Counted from the stretch's first letter, positions 43,812 to 59,904 are shown. The stretch: DNA of 64,000 bases from Octopus vulgaris (GCA_951406725.2 OX597820.1:62000001-62064000), one strand, 5' to 3'. Numbers and translations are program-made. The notes: generated by a model not told the origin, from the letters alone.

Positions 43812-44371
43812 TTACTTTAATCTGCATATTTTTTACAATCACTTGCTGAGACAGCACCCTAGGGTGAGTGAAGGTGAAGAGATGTTACAGTATGACTGGC
43901 AGCTGGTGGAGGGGAAGTGGGAGGGGCAGTAGTGAAATATCTTCATATAATACAACACAGACATTTAAATTAATAGGGTTTTTCTAAGGATGTGGACAGT
44001 ACTTGTCAGCACAATTTTTTGTATTTCTCTGAGACATGGTTCTCCTGGGATATTATCTAGATGTTTCTGACGTCCCACAATAACGAGAACAGGGCACCCA
44101 TAATAACAGGAACAGTTCTCGCTTTAAGATGCCACATCTTTTGTATTTCAATTTCTAGGTCCTTATATTTACATAATTTGCCAAATTCCTTTACACATAT
44201 TTTTATCAGTGAGAACACTTACGTCTATTTATTCTACAAGTATTTTCTTCCCTATAGTTTTAATGACTATTTCGACTAGCTTCGGTCGTTCTATCGGTGT
44301 TGACTGGACAATCCCAGAGGATAGTGACATTTTTACCTTCAAAGACTGGCTCAGGATGATGTTCATACCAG
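43812..44371 (-). mobile_element. R4/Dong-like LINE 3' end between (TAA)n tracts
   Basis: Minus-strand translation gives WYEHHPEPVFEGKNVTILWD and KDLEIEIQKMWHLKARTVPVIMGAL. TAA repeats lie at both junctions. Confidence 0.78.
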
Positions 44372-44386
44372 TATTATTATTATTAT

Positions 44387-44591
44387 TAAGGCAGCGAGCT
44401 GGTGGAATCATTAGCATGCTGGACGAAATGCTTAGCGGTATTTCAGCCGTCGCTACGTTCTGAGTTCGAATTTTATCCTTTCGGGGTCGATGAATTAAGT
44501 ACCAGTGAAGCACTGGGGTCAATGTAATCGACTTATCCCCCTCTCCGCAAAATAGCTGCCATTGTGGGAAAATTTGAAACCATTATTATTA

Positions 44592-44653
<62 letters not shown>

Positions 44654-44752
44654 GTTGTTATTATTATTATTAAGGCAGCGAGCTGGCAGAATCGTTAGCA
44701 TGCTGGACGAAATGCTTAGCGGTATTTCACCTGTCGTTACGTTCTGAGTTCA
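44387..44752 (+). mobile_element. SINE family B, two tandem copies separated by (TTA)n
   Basis: TTATTAAGGCAGCGAGCTGG heads at 44387 and 44671; the second copy is 3'-truncated. Confidence 0.8.
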
Positions 44753-44776
44753 ATATTCGAGCAGAATAGTTGCTGT

Positions 44777-44913
44777 CTTCTTCTTCTTCTTCTTCTTCTC
44801 CTCCTTCTTCTTCTTCTTCTTCTTCTTCTTCTTCTTCTTCTTCTTCTTCTTCTTCTTCTTCTTCTTCTTCTTCTTCTTCTTCTTCTTCTTCTTCTTCTTC
44901 TTCTTCTTCTTCT
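44777..44913. repeat. (TTC)n microsatellite
   Basis: Direct reading. Confidence 0.95.
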
Positions 44914-45308
44914 ACGTAGTTGGTATTTGCGCGAAATTTTGTATGCTATATCTTATTGCACAGTATATTGAAACGAAGCATAGTTAATGTAGCCAGTAAT
45001 CTGCCATATAGGTAGAGGACTTGCAACGGTAATGAGTACTAACCCCGCCAGAGCTGGTTAGCATCTAAAACTTATGTTAGTGGAAAATTGAATGAAATTT
45101 CTGGGATATTTAGTCATATGTCATGGTTATATTTTTCATACTATGTCATCCCGTGAGCGATAAAGCAAGGCCGATTGTAAGTCAGCAAATATTCCTGAAA
45201 CCACGCTCATTATTTTTGACAAAGCAGAGCACAGTGGATAATAGACTGATGTATATACATAAATAAATAAATAATAATAACCATACATACGTACACACGC
45301 ACACACAC

Positions 45309-45360
<52 letters not shown>

Positions 45361-45422
45361 ATATAGGTAGTGCGTCGATTTGATTAAGGTATATACACAC
45401 ACACGCATATATATATATACAC

Positions 45423-45474
<52 letters not shown>

Positions 45475-46004
45475 GTAAAAAAACACAAACTGGGACAAGA
45501 ACGTGAAACACTTTGAAGACGACAAAAAAACACAAAGACGGGACTTTCGAAGCTCTCAGTCATCAGTCAAGAACCAAGATCATTTTCGCAATTTCGGCTG
45601 AATATTTTTTTTCTCTAGTTTCAGCTCAGAGCTGCGGCCATGCTGATGCACCGCCGTTTTATATATATTATATATATATATATATATTATATATATAATA
45701 TATATATAATATTTATATATTATATATATGTTATATATATAATATTTATATATTATATATATATATATATATATATTCCAAAGACTGTTTCGGACTCAGA
45801 TTGGCCCCACTAGCCATCTGCGAACTCATGAAACAAGCCCACACTACCCCAGGACGACTAGATGGTCTTCGTCGCATCGACGGACAAACTACACACACAC
45901 ACACACACATATGTATGTATTGGAAAATGTGTGTGATCCTTGGTACAGTTAGGTATATTTGAAAAAAGAAAAAGAATGACTTCATATATATATATATATA
46001 TGTA

Positions 46005-46055
<51 letters not shown>

Positions 46056-46303
46056 GCATGCATATAGATCTATATATGTAGTATGTGGATGTGCCAACTT
46101 TGATGTGCTAGGTCTATCTAACACTATAGTCAATTAATTATGGATCGCTTTAGGTGGAGAATTTACGTCTCATCGTATTACATAACGTTAATTCGTGTGA
46201 ACGAGGTAAATTATGTAGTACAAAATATATATTTCTCCGTTCATCTTTGTGTTTTATCTAAACACACACATACACAGGTGCACGCACATACATATGTATG
46301 TTT

Positions 46304-46381
<78 letters not shown>

Positions 46382-46899
46382 CTTTTAAAATAAGATGGAT
46401 TAGTTACGACTGGAATGATTTTGGCCATGAGTGAGCTACGGTTCTTAACTATAGCAATAACTGTTAAACGTTAACCAGATAAAATAGAAAATCAAGATAA
46501 AATCCCACCTCGCCGCATAAAAAAAGCTTCTCTAAAAGGGGAAAGGATTCATGCAACATTAGTTTTCCTCAGTTTTATAACTCCACTGTATTTATGATGC
46601 AATATTACATTATTCATAGCGTGAAACAACAACGGGTACCTCTATGTAGTCGTTTCAATTGCTCGAAATAGTTACAGAATCCGACGTAAAAATGGAATGA
46701 TATATTAGAAAATGTAATTATAGATCGAATTACAAAGCTAGAATGGTGGCTCTTTCGAAGACCTATCAACCTTTTGAATATATAAGTTTGATCAGGCCTA
46801 ATTCCACACAATACGGTAACTCATATATGTTTACATACTATTTGTATTATATACAGTTCATACACAACTACAGCAGTATTTATATATCAAAAGGCAAAG

Positions 46900-47062
46900 C
46901 GTCATTTCGTCCGTCTGTACCTTCTTAGTTCAAATTCCGCTGTGGTTGACATTGGCTTTCATCCTTTTGGGGTCCAAAAAAGTAAGCAGCAGTTGAACAC
47001 TGGTGTCAATGTAATCGACTTACCCCTTCCCTTTACTAGCCATGTGTCGCAATTTGAAATTA
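46900..47062 (+). mobile_element. SINE family B, degraded
   Basis: GTTCAAATTCCGC...GTAATCGACTTACCC...AATTTGAAA. Confidence 0.65.
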
Positions 47063-47083
47063 ATATTTATGCACTAAGAAACA

Positions 47084-47554
47084 TTAGCACTATGACCGGC
47101 GTTATCGTGTCTAGTACTAGTGCTTGTTGTTCGTTGCCGGGTCACAGTAAAAATTTCTCACTAAATCACATTTCAGCCCGGCTCAATTTTGTTGTTTATG
47201 AGCTTGCTGGAGCTTTTTATGAGAGTAATTGATATTCATCGGACTTCGGTTTTTACACCTGGAATGGCATAATCACGGAAACTTAGCGGGACTGTGCACA
47301 TGCCATTAGTCGGAGGCAGAAGAAAGCGAAAATTTCGAATTTGGCCGCAAAATAACTTATGGGCATAAGGGGTCGGTTTATCGATTTCTTTAAATGGCTT
47401 TCTGGGGTGAATGGGAAAATGAAAAGATCTTCACGACCACCCTTAGACAGTTTGGAAAGCCCATAGAAAATGCGAGCCTTTTACGTGAAAAGCTGTGGAT
47501 TTGTATAAAGGACACACAGATACACAGACATTTTGCCGTTTATAGATATAGAGA
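47084..47554 (-). mobile_element. Probable non-autonomous Helitron
   Basis: On the minus strand it starts A|TCTCTATATCTATAAA and ends with a degenerate GC-rich hairpin remnant (CACGATAACGCCGG) followed by CTAA|T. This matches the 5'-TC...CTRR-3' termini in an A|T site, with no TSD. Confidence 0.55.
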
Positions 47555-48120
47555 TTATTTTAATACGTCGTTCGGTTGTACACCAACAAATGCATCATGA
47601 CCACCATTAACAGGGTCTGTTCTGTTGCAGATACCCAGACAGATATCCGGTTTCAGGGGACTTTCATTCTCATTCTCACAATTCATAAAATCCTGTAAAG
47701 AACCATGGGGATTTTCTGCCGACTAAGCTTTAAAATATTACCAATACAGATGCCAGAACGTGTCAGAACAAAAGGGTTCCAAATCATCTGCTTCACAAGG
47801 AAACCATGATTGACACCGTCTGTTGAAGCCAAAGGAGGCGATCTATCTTTGGTATTGAAATAACCCTTTTACTAGTTCTTTTACTCAGCTCTGTCAATAC
47901 ATGATGAGTAAACTGTGTATATGCATATACAGGTATTTTACACTGGTTACCATAATACAAAAACACTTTCAATTGGACAGTGTACATTTCACATATTGGC
48001 CGGGAACATCTACGAGCACTTCATAGGTGTAATCAAACAACTGACAAGCAAATCTGTGATATTGAGCAGAATATTTGTTGTATATTAACATCGTCGTTAT
48101 CATCTTCATCGCTATTATTA

Positions 48121-48199
<79 letters not shown>

Positions 48200-48289
48200 A
48201 ATTCCGCCAAGGTCGACTTTGAATTTCATCATTTCGGAGTCAATAAATTAGATACCAGTGAAACACTGGGGTCGTGGAAAGATGCTAGC

Positions 48290-48608
48290 GTACCAACCTC
48301 GTGGTTCTGGGTCTTCTACTATAGCCTCGGGCCGACTAAAGCCTTGTGAGTAGAATTTGGTAGACGGGAAGTGAAAGAAACCCTGTCTGTGTGTGTGTGT
48401 CTTTGTGTCTTTGTTTGAAACCCCATCATCATTTGACACCCGGTGTCGGTGTGTTAATGTCCTCGTAACGTAGCGGTTCGGGAACGGAGACCGATACAAT
48501 AAGTAGCCCTGGGGTTCGATTTGTTCTACTAAAAATTCTTTAAGGTCCTGCTCCAGCATGGCCACAGTCAAATGACCGAAACAAGTAAAAGAATGAAAGA
48601 ATGAAAGA
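48290..48608 (+). mobile_element. SINE family A
   Basis: TCTTCTACTATAGCCTCGGGCCGAC...CCAGCATGGCCACAGTCAAATGACCGAAAC followed by a short GAATGAAA tail. Confidence 0.8.
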
Positions 48609-49178
48609 AAATAATTTCATACACATAAAGGAAACCCTCCTTTAATTTTGAATGCAATGTAGGCCACAACACTTTTTACTTTAAGAATAAAATTTCGATA
48701 TAAGAACAGAAATGCCGATTTATCGATGACAAAGGAAAAAGAAATGAGATATAAAAATAAAAATAAAAATATAAATGTGTAGGATGATGGGGGTTATTAC
48801 TGCATTTGTAGTTGATGGAAATCTTGATGGTGATGATGACGATAATATTGGTAGAGGTGAACACTAGGTCAATTTAAAATCAAATGGAAAACAAGCTTAT
48901 TGTCATTTTTTCAAGTCCAATATATTAAATATTTTCTTTTAGTTTTCGTGATAAACTAAGCTAGTTTATGATTTATCTGTCATCAAACCAGTCTGAAATA
49001 TGGTAAATGTTAATAAGTCATTCCTTATCTTCTCTCTCTTCCTCTCTCCTCTCTGTACACTCACACAGACGCACATAGACACACGCTCATACATACGCAC
49101 GCATATATACATGTATATACTTATACATTTATATATTTATAAAAAATATAGATGTATGTAGATATATGTATAAAAATA

Positions 49179-49223
<45 letters not shown>

Positions 49224-49393
49224 AAACATATAGATGTATATATATACATGTATGTATAAAATATATAGATGCATATATATATATATGTATAAAAATATAG
49301 ATGTATATATATACATGTATGTATAAAAATATAGATGCATAAATATATATATATATATATATATATATTAGTATATATATGTACACATATATA

Positions 49394-49436
<43 letters not shown>

Positions 49437-49761
49437 CTATATATGTATAGATAAATGTGTGCCGTGTGTATATATACATACACACATGCACATAGGTGTG
49501 TGCGCGTGCGTGTGATTGTTAATGTATGTGTACGTATGTTTGTATGTGCGTCTGCGCGCTCGTGCGTGTGTATGTCTGTGCGTGTGCCTGTATGCTCTCG
49601 ATCACACGATTTTTTTTTTACTTATATACAGTAATAAAAGAGAAATACTAATGTGGGAAACTCAAGTCCTGGTTTATGTTGGTGACATTACTTTTGATTT
49701 AGGAGATTATTATAAGCCTACATTGTCTAGTTTATTTACTTACGTGTGTGTGTGCGTGTGA

Positions 49762-49872
<111 letters not shown>

Positions 49873-49876
49873 TATA

Positions 49877-49924
<48 letters not shown>

Positions 49925-50345
49925 TATATATATGTATATATATATATATTTATATATGTATATATATTGCATATATATCCTAAGAGCCGAACGGATGTAA
50001 GCTTCTGAGTAAGTAACTTGATAACAAGTGACATAGAAAATATGAACTAATAATTTATTTATATCCAAAATGAACGCTTTCAACAACGCACTACTGAAGA
50101 TATGCTCAAACGCTTGCTTTGAATAATGAATGTACGAGGAAAAGAATTGTTCAACGACCGTTTAGTTTCGTATGCGATAACCTTGCTCGAACGCAGGCTA
50201 TTACAATCAAAATATATATCCGCAAATACAGTTACCAAGCCAAATCCATAAATGAAAGACAATGACCCTGTCTATCTATCAGTCAATTTATCTGTCTATC
50301 TGCCTGTCTGTCTTTCTGCTTGTCTGCCTGTCTATCTGTCTCTCC

Positions 50346-52674
<2,329 letters not shown>

Positions 52675-52675
52675 A

Positions 52676-52765
<90 letters not shown>

Positions 52766-53255
52766 GTTTATATGTACATATATAAATCTATTCGCAGGTC
52801 AGCTACGGAGGTATATACGTGCTTGGTGTGTCGTTACGTTCGATTATATGGGTCAGATATTTGTGTACACAATTTTAGTGTCTCGTAAATGGATGACATC
52901 CTAAGATAATGTTTCGTATCAGGCGTCAAATGTTTATATTCCTGTATATTTACAGACGTATTGACAGATTCCAATCTGATGCAAGAGATTAAAAAAGCCA
53001 ACCACAGTAACACAGATTTCGTAAGCTGTCTGGCAATATCATAATGTTTCTTATTAGAAAAGAACTGAAGAGGCCAGTTGTTTATGGGTTATCCGTGATC
53101 AAGAGAAAGAAACATTTCCCGAAGTCAGACAACTTCATCAGCGGCAAACCCAGCAAAAACAGTGAAGACGATCACCCAGTAGCTCAAAGTGCTGGAGTCA
53201 AATGCCAGGCGTGAGTTACACGAGGATTCCCAGTATAAGTAGATGATGAAGAATG

Positions 53256-53304
<49 letters not shown>

Positions 53305-53448
53305 ACAGATGTTTGGCAAAATCCGGTATAACTGCGGGGTGCGGGATGCGGTTAAATGGCGTGATCATTTCCGATATGAAGAATTTTGAATAAAACTCGA
53401 ACGTGAACTGGAGAAATTATAATTGGCTATGCATGGACCTCCACCAAA

Positions 53449-53497
53449 GCACACATGGTGCTGCACACATGGTGCTGCACACATGGTGCTGCACACA
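53449..53497 (+). repeat. 14-bp minisatellite (GCACACATGGTGCT) x3.5
   Basis: Perfect tandem copies. Confidence 0.95.
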
Positions 53498-54314
53498 CAA
53501 TTCTGTCCATTTCGGGTGTCCTTGGTATTTTGATCAATATGAGCCGTGTGTCTTCTTGCCAGTATAAATAACAAGGTGCAATATGAGATGGAATTTGGTT
53601 GCTATTTCTAGCATCTCAGATGACTTTGTCCCGTCTTCATCGTTGCTTCGTTTTGGAAATGAGTTAATTATAGTGGCGGATTAAATGACATTTCTCAGCA
53701 AAGTATTTCTTTGAATCGTTTATACACGGATTAGCGTGATCAAAGAATTATGTTCTAAAAATTCATTTTATTTCCTTCATCTTGCATCTTCTAAATTTAT
53801 TTGGACATCACAGTAACCGGAAGACGGTTATTGTGGCGTCGGTGATTGAGGCTTAAATGGATTTACTGACTACTCTGCGTAGCTGGGAAAATATTGCTGT
53901 CGTTCTATCAGTAAAGTAGATAAAACTTATATATAGTTTTATTCCTGACGATGTCTGCCACCCTCCCCCAACGTCTCTGGTCTGTCTGTGTGGCTGTCAG
54001 TCCCTCATCCCCTTTCCCGCCGTCTCTGAGTATCTGAATATCGCCTATCAGTAACTGGCTCTCTCAATCTGCGTGTATGTGTGTGCGTTTGTTTGCTGTG
54101 TGTGTGTGTGTGTGTGTGTATTCTTTTTTATTCTCTTTTATTTGTTTCAGTAAGTTGATTGCGGGCATACTGCAGCACCGCCTTTAGTCGAACAAAGCGA
54201 ACTCAGGACTCATTATTTATAAGCCTAGTACTTATTCTACCGGTATCTCTTGCCGTACCGCTAGATTACGAGGACATAAACACACCAGCATCATTTATCA
54301 AGTGATGTTGGGGT

Positions 54315-54375
<61 letters not shown>

Positions 54376-54482
54376 ATATATGACGGGATTCTTTCAGGTT
54401 CCGTCTAACAAATCTCAAGACGTTTTTGTCAGCCCAGGATTCTAGTAGTAAACACTTGCCCAATGTTCCTTCTAGTGGGGCT

Positions 54483-55910
54483 GTAATTTGGAAGGATGAT
54501 AGATTTCACACACTTTTGCTCAACCTCTGCAACCACACACTTTCCACCTTTGTCGCTCCAAAGATTTGGCACCAATCTCAAATCATTCCAATACCCAAAA
54601 AAGGCGATTTATCCCTCGTCACCAACTACAGGGGTATATCTCTAATGTCAATTGCTGCAAAACTGTACAACAAACTGATCCTAAATCGTCTTGTCCTTTT
54701 TGTTGAACCTTTGCTCCGAAAGAACCAAAATGGATTCAGACATGGACGCTCAACGCTGAGCCAGATACTATGCCTGCGCAGACTTATTGAAGAATCAAAA
54801 GCATTTAATCGCGATCTTGCAATGGTATTTGTAGACTTTTCTAAAGCGTTCGATTCTGTAGATAGGTACATGATGTTTGAAATCCTTAATCTCTATGGGA
54901 TACCAGACAAAATTATTTCTGCCATCAAGGTCCTCTACACAGATACGTCTTCAACCATCTTAACCCCTGATGGAGAAACATCATCTTTCTCAATCAAAGC
55001 CGGAATACTGCAGGGAGACACACTCGCACCATTTCTTTTCATCATTGTTGTTGATTATGTGCTACGTATGTCAGTTGTTACCATCTCTGGCAAGAGCTTT
55101 GAAATAAAACCAAGAAGAAGTTCCAGACACCCAGCTGAGTACTTGACAGACACTGACTTTGCTGACGACATCGCTCTTATCAGTGATTCTCTCTTCAATG
55201 CCCAGTCTCTTTTACAGTCTCTTGAACAAGCCTCAAATTGTGTAGGTCTTTACCTCAATGAGGCCAAAACTGAATACATAAACAAGTGCCTGTCCAACAG
55301 TGATTGCATCATCCATACTCTCAACAGTGCGCCTTTAAATATGGTTTCTGATTATAAATATCTTGGGTCATACATATCATCATCTGGAAAAGACTTTCTA
55401 ACTCGAAAGGGTATGGCCTGGTCAGCCTGTAATGACATGCATAAGATCTGGTCATCAAATCTAAGTAGAGACTTCAAACTTGAAATATTCAAAGCCACAG
55501 TCGAACCAATTCTACTATATGGCTCAGAAACCTGGACGTTATCAAAGAAGCTTGAGAGGCGGTTGGATGGAACCTACACTCGCCTCCTTATGAGAGCTCA
55601 AAATCTCTCGTGGAAGCGCCATCCAACCAAAATGCAAATATATGAGAAATTACCACCTGTGTCATCCCTTGTGAAAGGTAGGAGAGTCCAGTTTGCTGGA
55701 CATTGTTGTAGAGCTGAAAAAGAAGTAATTTCTACTCTTCTCCTCTGGAAGCCATCTACTCGCAATACCAGAGGGCGCACACTCTCCTACCCTGATGTAA
55801 TCTCCAGGGATACAGGCATCCAGCAACAGGACCTCCGTAATGCTACGATGGACCGTGAAGTCTGGCGTAACATAGTAAATTCCATTGTCTCGACCACGGT
55901 CGAACAATGA
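54483..55910 (+). pseudogene. RTE reverse transcriptase ORF, N-terminally truncated (no endonuclease)
   Basis: About 475 codons without a stop. The listed 494-aa ORF start lies in the host SINE sequence and is not a true start. Confidence 0.85.
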
Positions 55911-55922
55911 TGATGATGATGA
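54483..55922 (+). mobile_element. RTE-clade LINE, 5'-truncated, inserted into a SINE with a target-site duplication
   Basis: Uninterrupted RT frame (NYRGISL, QNGFR, FVDFSKAFDSV, GILQGDTLAP, DFADDIAL, ending MDREVWRNIV) with a (TGA)n tail. Direct repeat TCTAGTGGGGCT at 54471-54482 and 55923-55934. Confidence 0.92.
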
Positions 55923-56299
55923 TCTAGTGGGGCTAAATCAGAAACCATGTGGTTGGGAAGCAAACTTCTTGCCGCACAGACACACCATGTAATACATACA
56001 TACATCCATACATACATACATACATACATACATACATACATACATACATACACACATACACACATACATACATATGGATATATATACATATATAAATTTA
56101 TATATATATGTACATATATATACTATATATACATATATGCATTTGTTATCATAAACATACATACACACACATATTTATGCATATATATATATATATATAT
56201 ACTTATTTCTATATAGGTATGTATATATATATTTCTAAACATGTCTGTATATATATTTCTATATATATATATGTGTGTGTATATATATGTGTGTGCGTT

Positions 56300-56380
<81 letters not shown>

Positions 56381-57229
56381 CTATATATGTATGTATGCAT
56401 ACGCACACACATACACATATATATATGTGTGTATATACCATGTACAATTAGCAATCATGCATTGTTTTATTGGTAATTCTTCGCAATGTTACAAAGGGGT
56501 GCGTTATATGTGAGCACGGAATTTGAAAGTAGAATGTGCTTTGCGACCCCTTGAAAGGAATGTGGCACCAGTATCTGAATAAATAAGCAACTGCAATATT
56601 TATTATGCCTTTATTTTAATGGAGTGTATCAGCCTGTCTGTCTCACTCTGTACACACACATACGCAGACACATAGACGCACACATAAACACAGAGACACT
56701 CACTCTCTCACGTCTATATATATATGTATTATAACATTCATACATACATACATACATGCATACATACATACATACATACATACATACTTACATACATACA
56801 ATATGTTCGTTCATTGACTACACATGGCGTTAAAGTCTCCTAGCATTCTTATATTTCTAGTTTTGTACTGACACTGAAAGGATTCAAGAAAATGCTTCAT
56901 CACTTACTAAATGATTCCTAAATCTATTTCATGCTAGGTCCCCAATCACATGTTATTCTGCAGAAACAGACGTCGGATTTTGAACTCAGAACGCAAAGAG
57001 ATCGGCGAGACGGAACAAGTGCCGCATGGCATTGTATCCAACTCGGCCAGTTCAGTCATGTGTGTATATCTTTATGTATGTATGTATGTATGTATGTATG
57101 TATGTATGTATGTATGTATGTATGTATGTATTTATGTATGTATGTATGTATGTATGTATGTATGTATGTATGTATGTATGTATGTATGTATATATATATG
57201 TATGTATGTATACACACATATATATATGG

Positions 57230-57462
57230 AAGGCGGCGAGCTGGCAGTAACGTTTGCATTCCGGGCGAAATGCTTCGCTGTATTTCGTCTGCCGTTACGT
57301 TCTGAGTTCAAATTCTGCCGAGGTCGACTTTGCCTTTCATCCTTTCGGGGTCGATAAATTAAGTACCAGTTATGCACTGGGATCGATGTAATCGACTTAA
57401 TCCGTTTGTCTGTCCTTGTTTGTTCCCTCTATGTTTAGCCCCTTGTGGGCAATAAAGAAATA
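57230..57462 (+). mobile_element. SINE family B (Tx1-like tail), full length
   Basis: AAGGCGGCGAGCTGGCAG...TAGCCCCTTGTGGGCAATAAAGAAATA, within TA-rich repeats. Confidence 0.88.
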
Positions 57463-57480
57463 AATACATATATATATATT

Positions 57481-57537
<57 letters not shown>

Positions 57538-57589
57538 CTATATATATAATACATATAATCTATCTCTCTATATCTATATATATATATAT

Positions 57590-57974
57590 ATTTGTAAAAA
57601 AGAAGTTTGAAAATGCCACTATATTAGATAAATTTTAATTTTTACATGTTTCGGTTCTTGAAGTAACGAACCTTATCAAAAAGAATTTTTTCATAATAAA
57701 GAGTATAATGGAATAGTTCATAATTGTTTCATACATTCAATAGAGTCCATGCTATATACATAGAAAGTATAATGGAACAGTTCATAATTGTTACATACAT
57801 TCAATAGAGTCCATGCTATATACATTCAATAGAATCCATGTTCTTGAAATATATTATAAGGTGTAAGTCGTTCTTTACTGTTTTGTCAAGTGTAGTGCAG
57901 GAGTTCATTATAGATTTTACCTTGTGTTCCGATGGGAGCAACAGTTGTGATTCTTGGTTGTCGTAATTTTGGTC

Positions 57975-57978
<4 letters not shown>
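57590..57978. mobile_element. (TA)n-flanked small repeat element, U3-A8 hammerhead family
   Basis: Starts TTTGTAAAAAAGAAGTTTGAAAATGC and has an internal tandem duplication of about 62 bp at 57700-57840. Confidence 0.55.
57637..57687 (-). ncRNA. Hammerhead-like motif with a U3-A8 core
   Basis: Reverse complement reads TTT-TTGATAA-GGTTC-GTTACTTCAA-GAACC-GAAA-CATG-TA^AAA. Perfect 5-bp stem II, palindromic CATG, GUA triplet, weak A-U stem I. Confidence 0.55.
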
Positions 57979-58031
<53 letters not shown>

Positions 58032-58035
<4 letters not shown>

Positions 58036-58600
58036 TAGATATGCTTCGACCAATGATTGGTCCAGACCATGTCTAACTTAATAGCACCACCTTATAGGAT
58101 TATTTGAATCCTGTTTAAGTCAAGTTTTGTTTATGGTCCATTTAAGTAGTGAGTTTTTGTTGGGTGAGTTGTATCCAATTATGGGTGGCTTATCTGGTAT
58201 TCCTTGAAGGAATCTATCCAGACTCCGTTTAAAGTTGATGGGATCCTGTTCCTCTTTGATCTCTTTCGGGACAATGTTGAATAGGGCAGGGCCTGTTGAG
58301 GAAAATAAATTATGTTGTAGTGTACATGTATGCTGTGATCTTGAATTGGGCAGTGGACGTATGGCCCGTGGTCCCAGTCTTGGATGAACCTTGAAGCTAA
58401 TGTTCAGGTCGTTTGGGCAAAGTTGGCGGTATATTCTCCACATCGTACAAATTATTACACACACATTCACACTGAGTTCAAATACAGCCGTAGTCAAGTG
58501 GAGTCGATGCATAATTATCTCTTCCTTCCCGGTGAGTTTTATTCCTCCTCCCAAAAAGAGTCTCAGCTCGATCAAAAGCACCACGCACCGATGATTATTA
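58032..58600 (-). mobile_element. CR1-like LINE 3' fragment
   Basis: ORF 58120-58584 includes HNLFSSTGPALFNIVPKEIK...FKRSLDRFLQGIPDKP. The 3' end abuts (TA)n. Confidence 0.75.
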
Positions 58601-58912
58601 CATCAAGATTTAAAGCCACCGCTGACACACACTCTTTCACGTACTCAAAAGACCATACGGAAAACAAGAATTTTGTTTTATATATACATATGCTCCATCT
58701 ATACTCAATAGTTATGTGGGCACTAATATAAATGTATTCACTTTACTCATGTAAAATCATATTATTGATGATGAGAGATTTCGTTATCTAAATGGCTAGA
58801 CCTGGCCAAGAATAAACTATGCAATTTCAGTTATAATTTTTACGCTACGGAGTGAGCCTAATTTATATTGACGGGTATTAGAAACGCACGCGTACACATA
58901 CACACTCAGATG

Positions 58913-58979
<67 letters not shown>

Positions 58980-59021
58980 GGAGTCTGGATAGATTCTCTC
59001 TCTGTATATATATATATATAC

Positions 59022-59052
<31 letters not shown>

Positions 59053-59071
59053 AAGAGAGTGAGAGAGAGAT

Positions 59072-59357
59072 GTGGAGGCACATGGCCTAGTGGTCAGAGC
59101 AGCGGACTCGCGGTTGAGGGATCGCGTGTTCGAATCTCAGACCGAGCGATATGTGTGTTTATGAGCTCCACGTGGCTCCGGCAGAAGGTAATGGCGAACT
59201 TCTGCTGACTCTTCCGCCACAACTTTCTCTCACTCTTTCTTCCTGCATCTTGCAGCTCACCTGTGACGGACCGGCGACCCGTTCAGGTGCGGAACTTGTA
59301 CGCCAAGGAAACCGGGAAACTGGCCCTTATGAGCCAGGTGTGGATCGAGAAAGAACA

Positions 59358-59362
<5 letters not shown>
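59072..59362 (+). mobile_element. SINE family C (tRNA-derived head, V-domain-like segment)
   Basis: A-box-like TGGCCTAGTGG and B-box-like GTTCGAATC, then CTGTGACGGACCGGCGACCCGTTCAGG. Confidence 0.75.
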
Positions 59363-59400
<38 letters not shown>

Positions 59401-59401
<1 letters not shown>

Positions 59402-59618
59402 TCTTTTACTCTTTTACTTGTTTCAGTCATTTGACTGCGGCCATGCTGGAGCACCGCCTTTAATCGAGCAACTCGACCCCGGGACTTATTCTTTTGTAAG
59501 CCCAGTACTTATTCTATCGGTCTCTTTTGCCGAACCGCTAAGTGACGGGGACATAAACACACCAGCATCGGTCTAGCGATGTTGGGGGGACAAACACAGA
59601 CACACAAACATACACGTG

Positions 59619-59652
<34 letters not shown>

Positions 59653-59825
59653 CACATATATACGACAGGCTTCTTTCAGTTTCCGTCTACCAAATCCACT
59701 CACAAGGCTTTGGTCGGCCCGAGGCTATAGTAGAAGACACTCGCCCAAGGTGCCACGCAGTGGGACCGAACCCAGAACCATATGGTTGGTAAACAAGCTA
59801 CTTACCACACAGCCACTCCTGCGCC
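59401..59825 (-). mobile_element. SINE family A, full length and young
   Basis: Complete from the head (GGCGCAGGAGTGGCTGTGTGGTAAG) to the tail (GAAACAAGTAAAAGAGTAAAAGAG). Confidence 0.88.
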
Positions 59826-59904
59826 ATATATTGTCATAAGTATGTATATGTATATGGATGAATATATGCATGTGTGTATCTCTCTCTATATATACATATT
59901 TATA

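Larger units (their letters stand above)
54121..55985 (-). mobile_element. SINE family A interrupted by the RTE LINE
   Basis: The parts at 54121-54482 and 55923-55985 rejoin into one continuous SINE once the RTE and one TSD copy are removed. Confidence 0.8.

Noticed and set aside
45530-45575. Minus-strand CTGATGA...GAAA...GTC motif (a similar CTGATGA...GAAA occurs at 53110-53145)
   Set aside because: The core words are present but stems I and II do not pair in register.
59072-59150. Functional tRNA gene (also 60476-60545)
   Set aside because: A and B boxes are present but there is no complete cloverleaf or acceptor stem. The 59.1 kb head continues into a SINE body.
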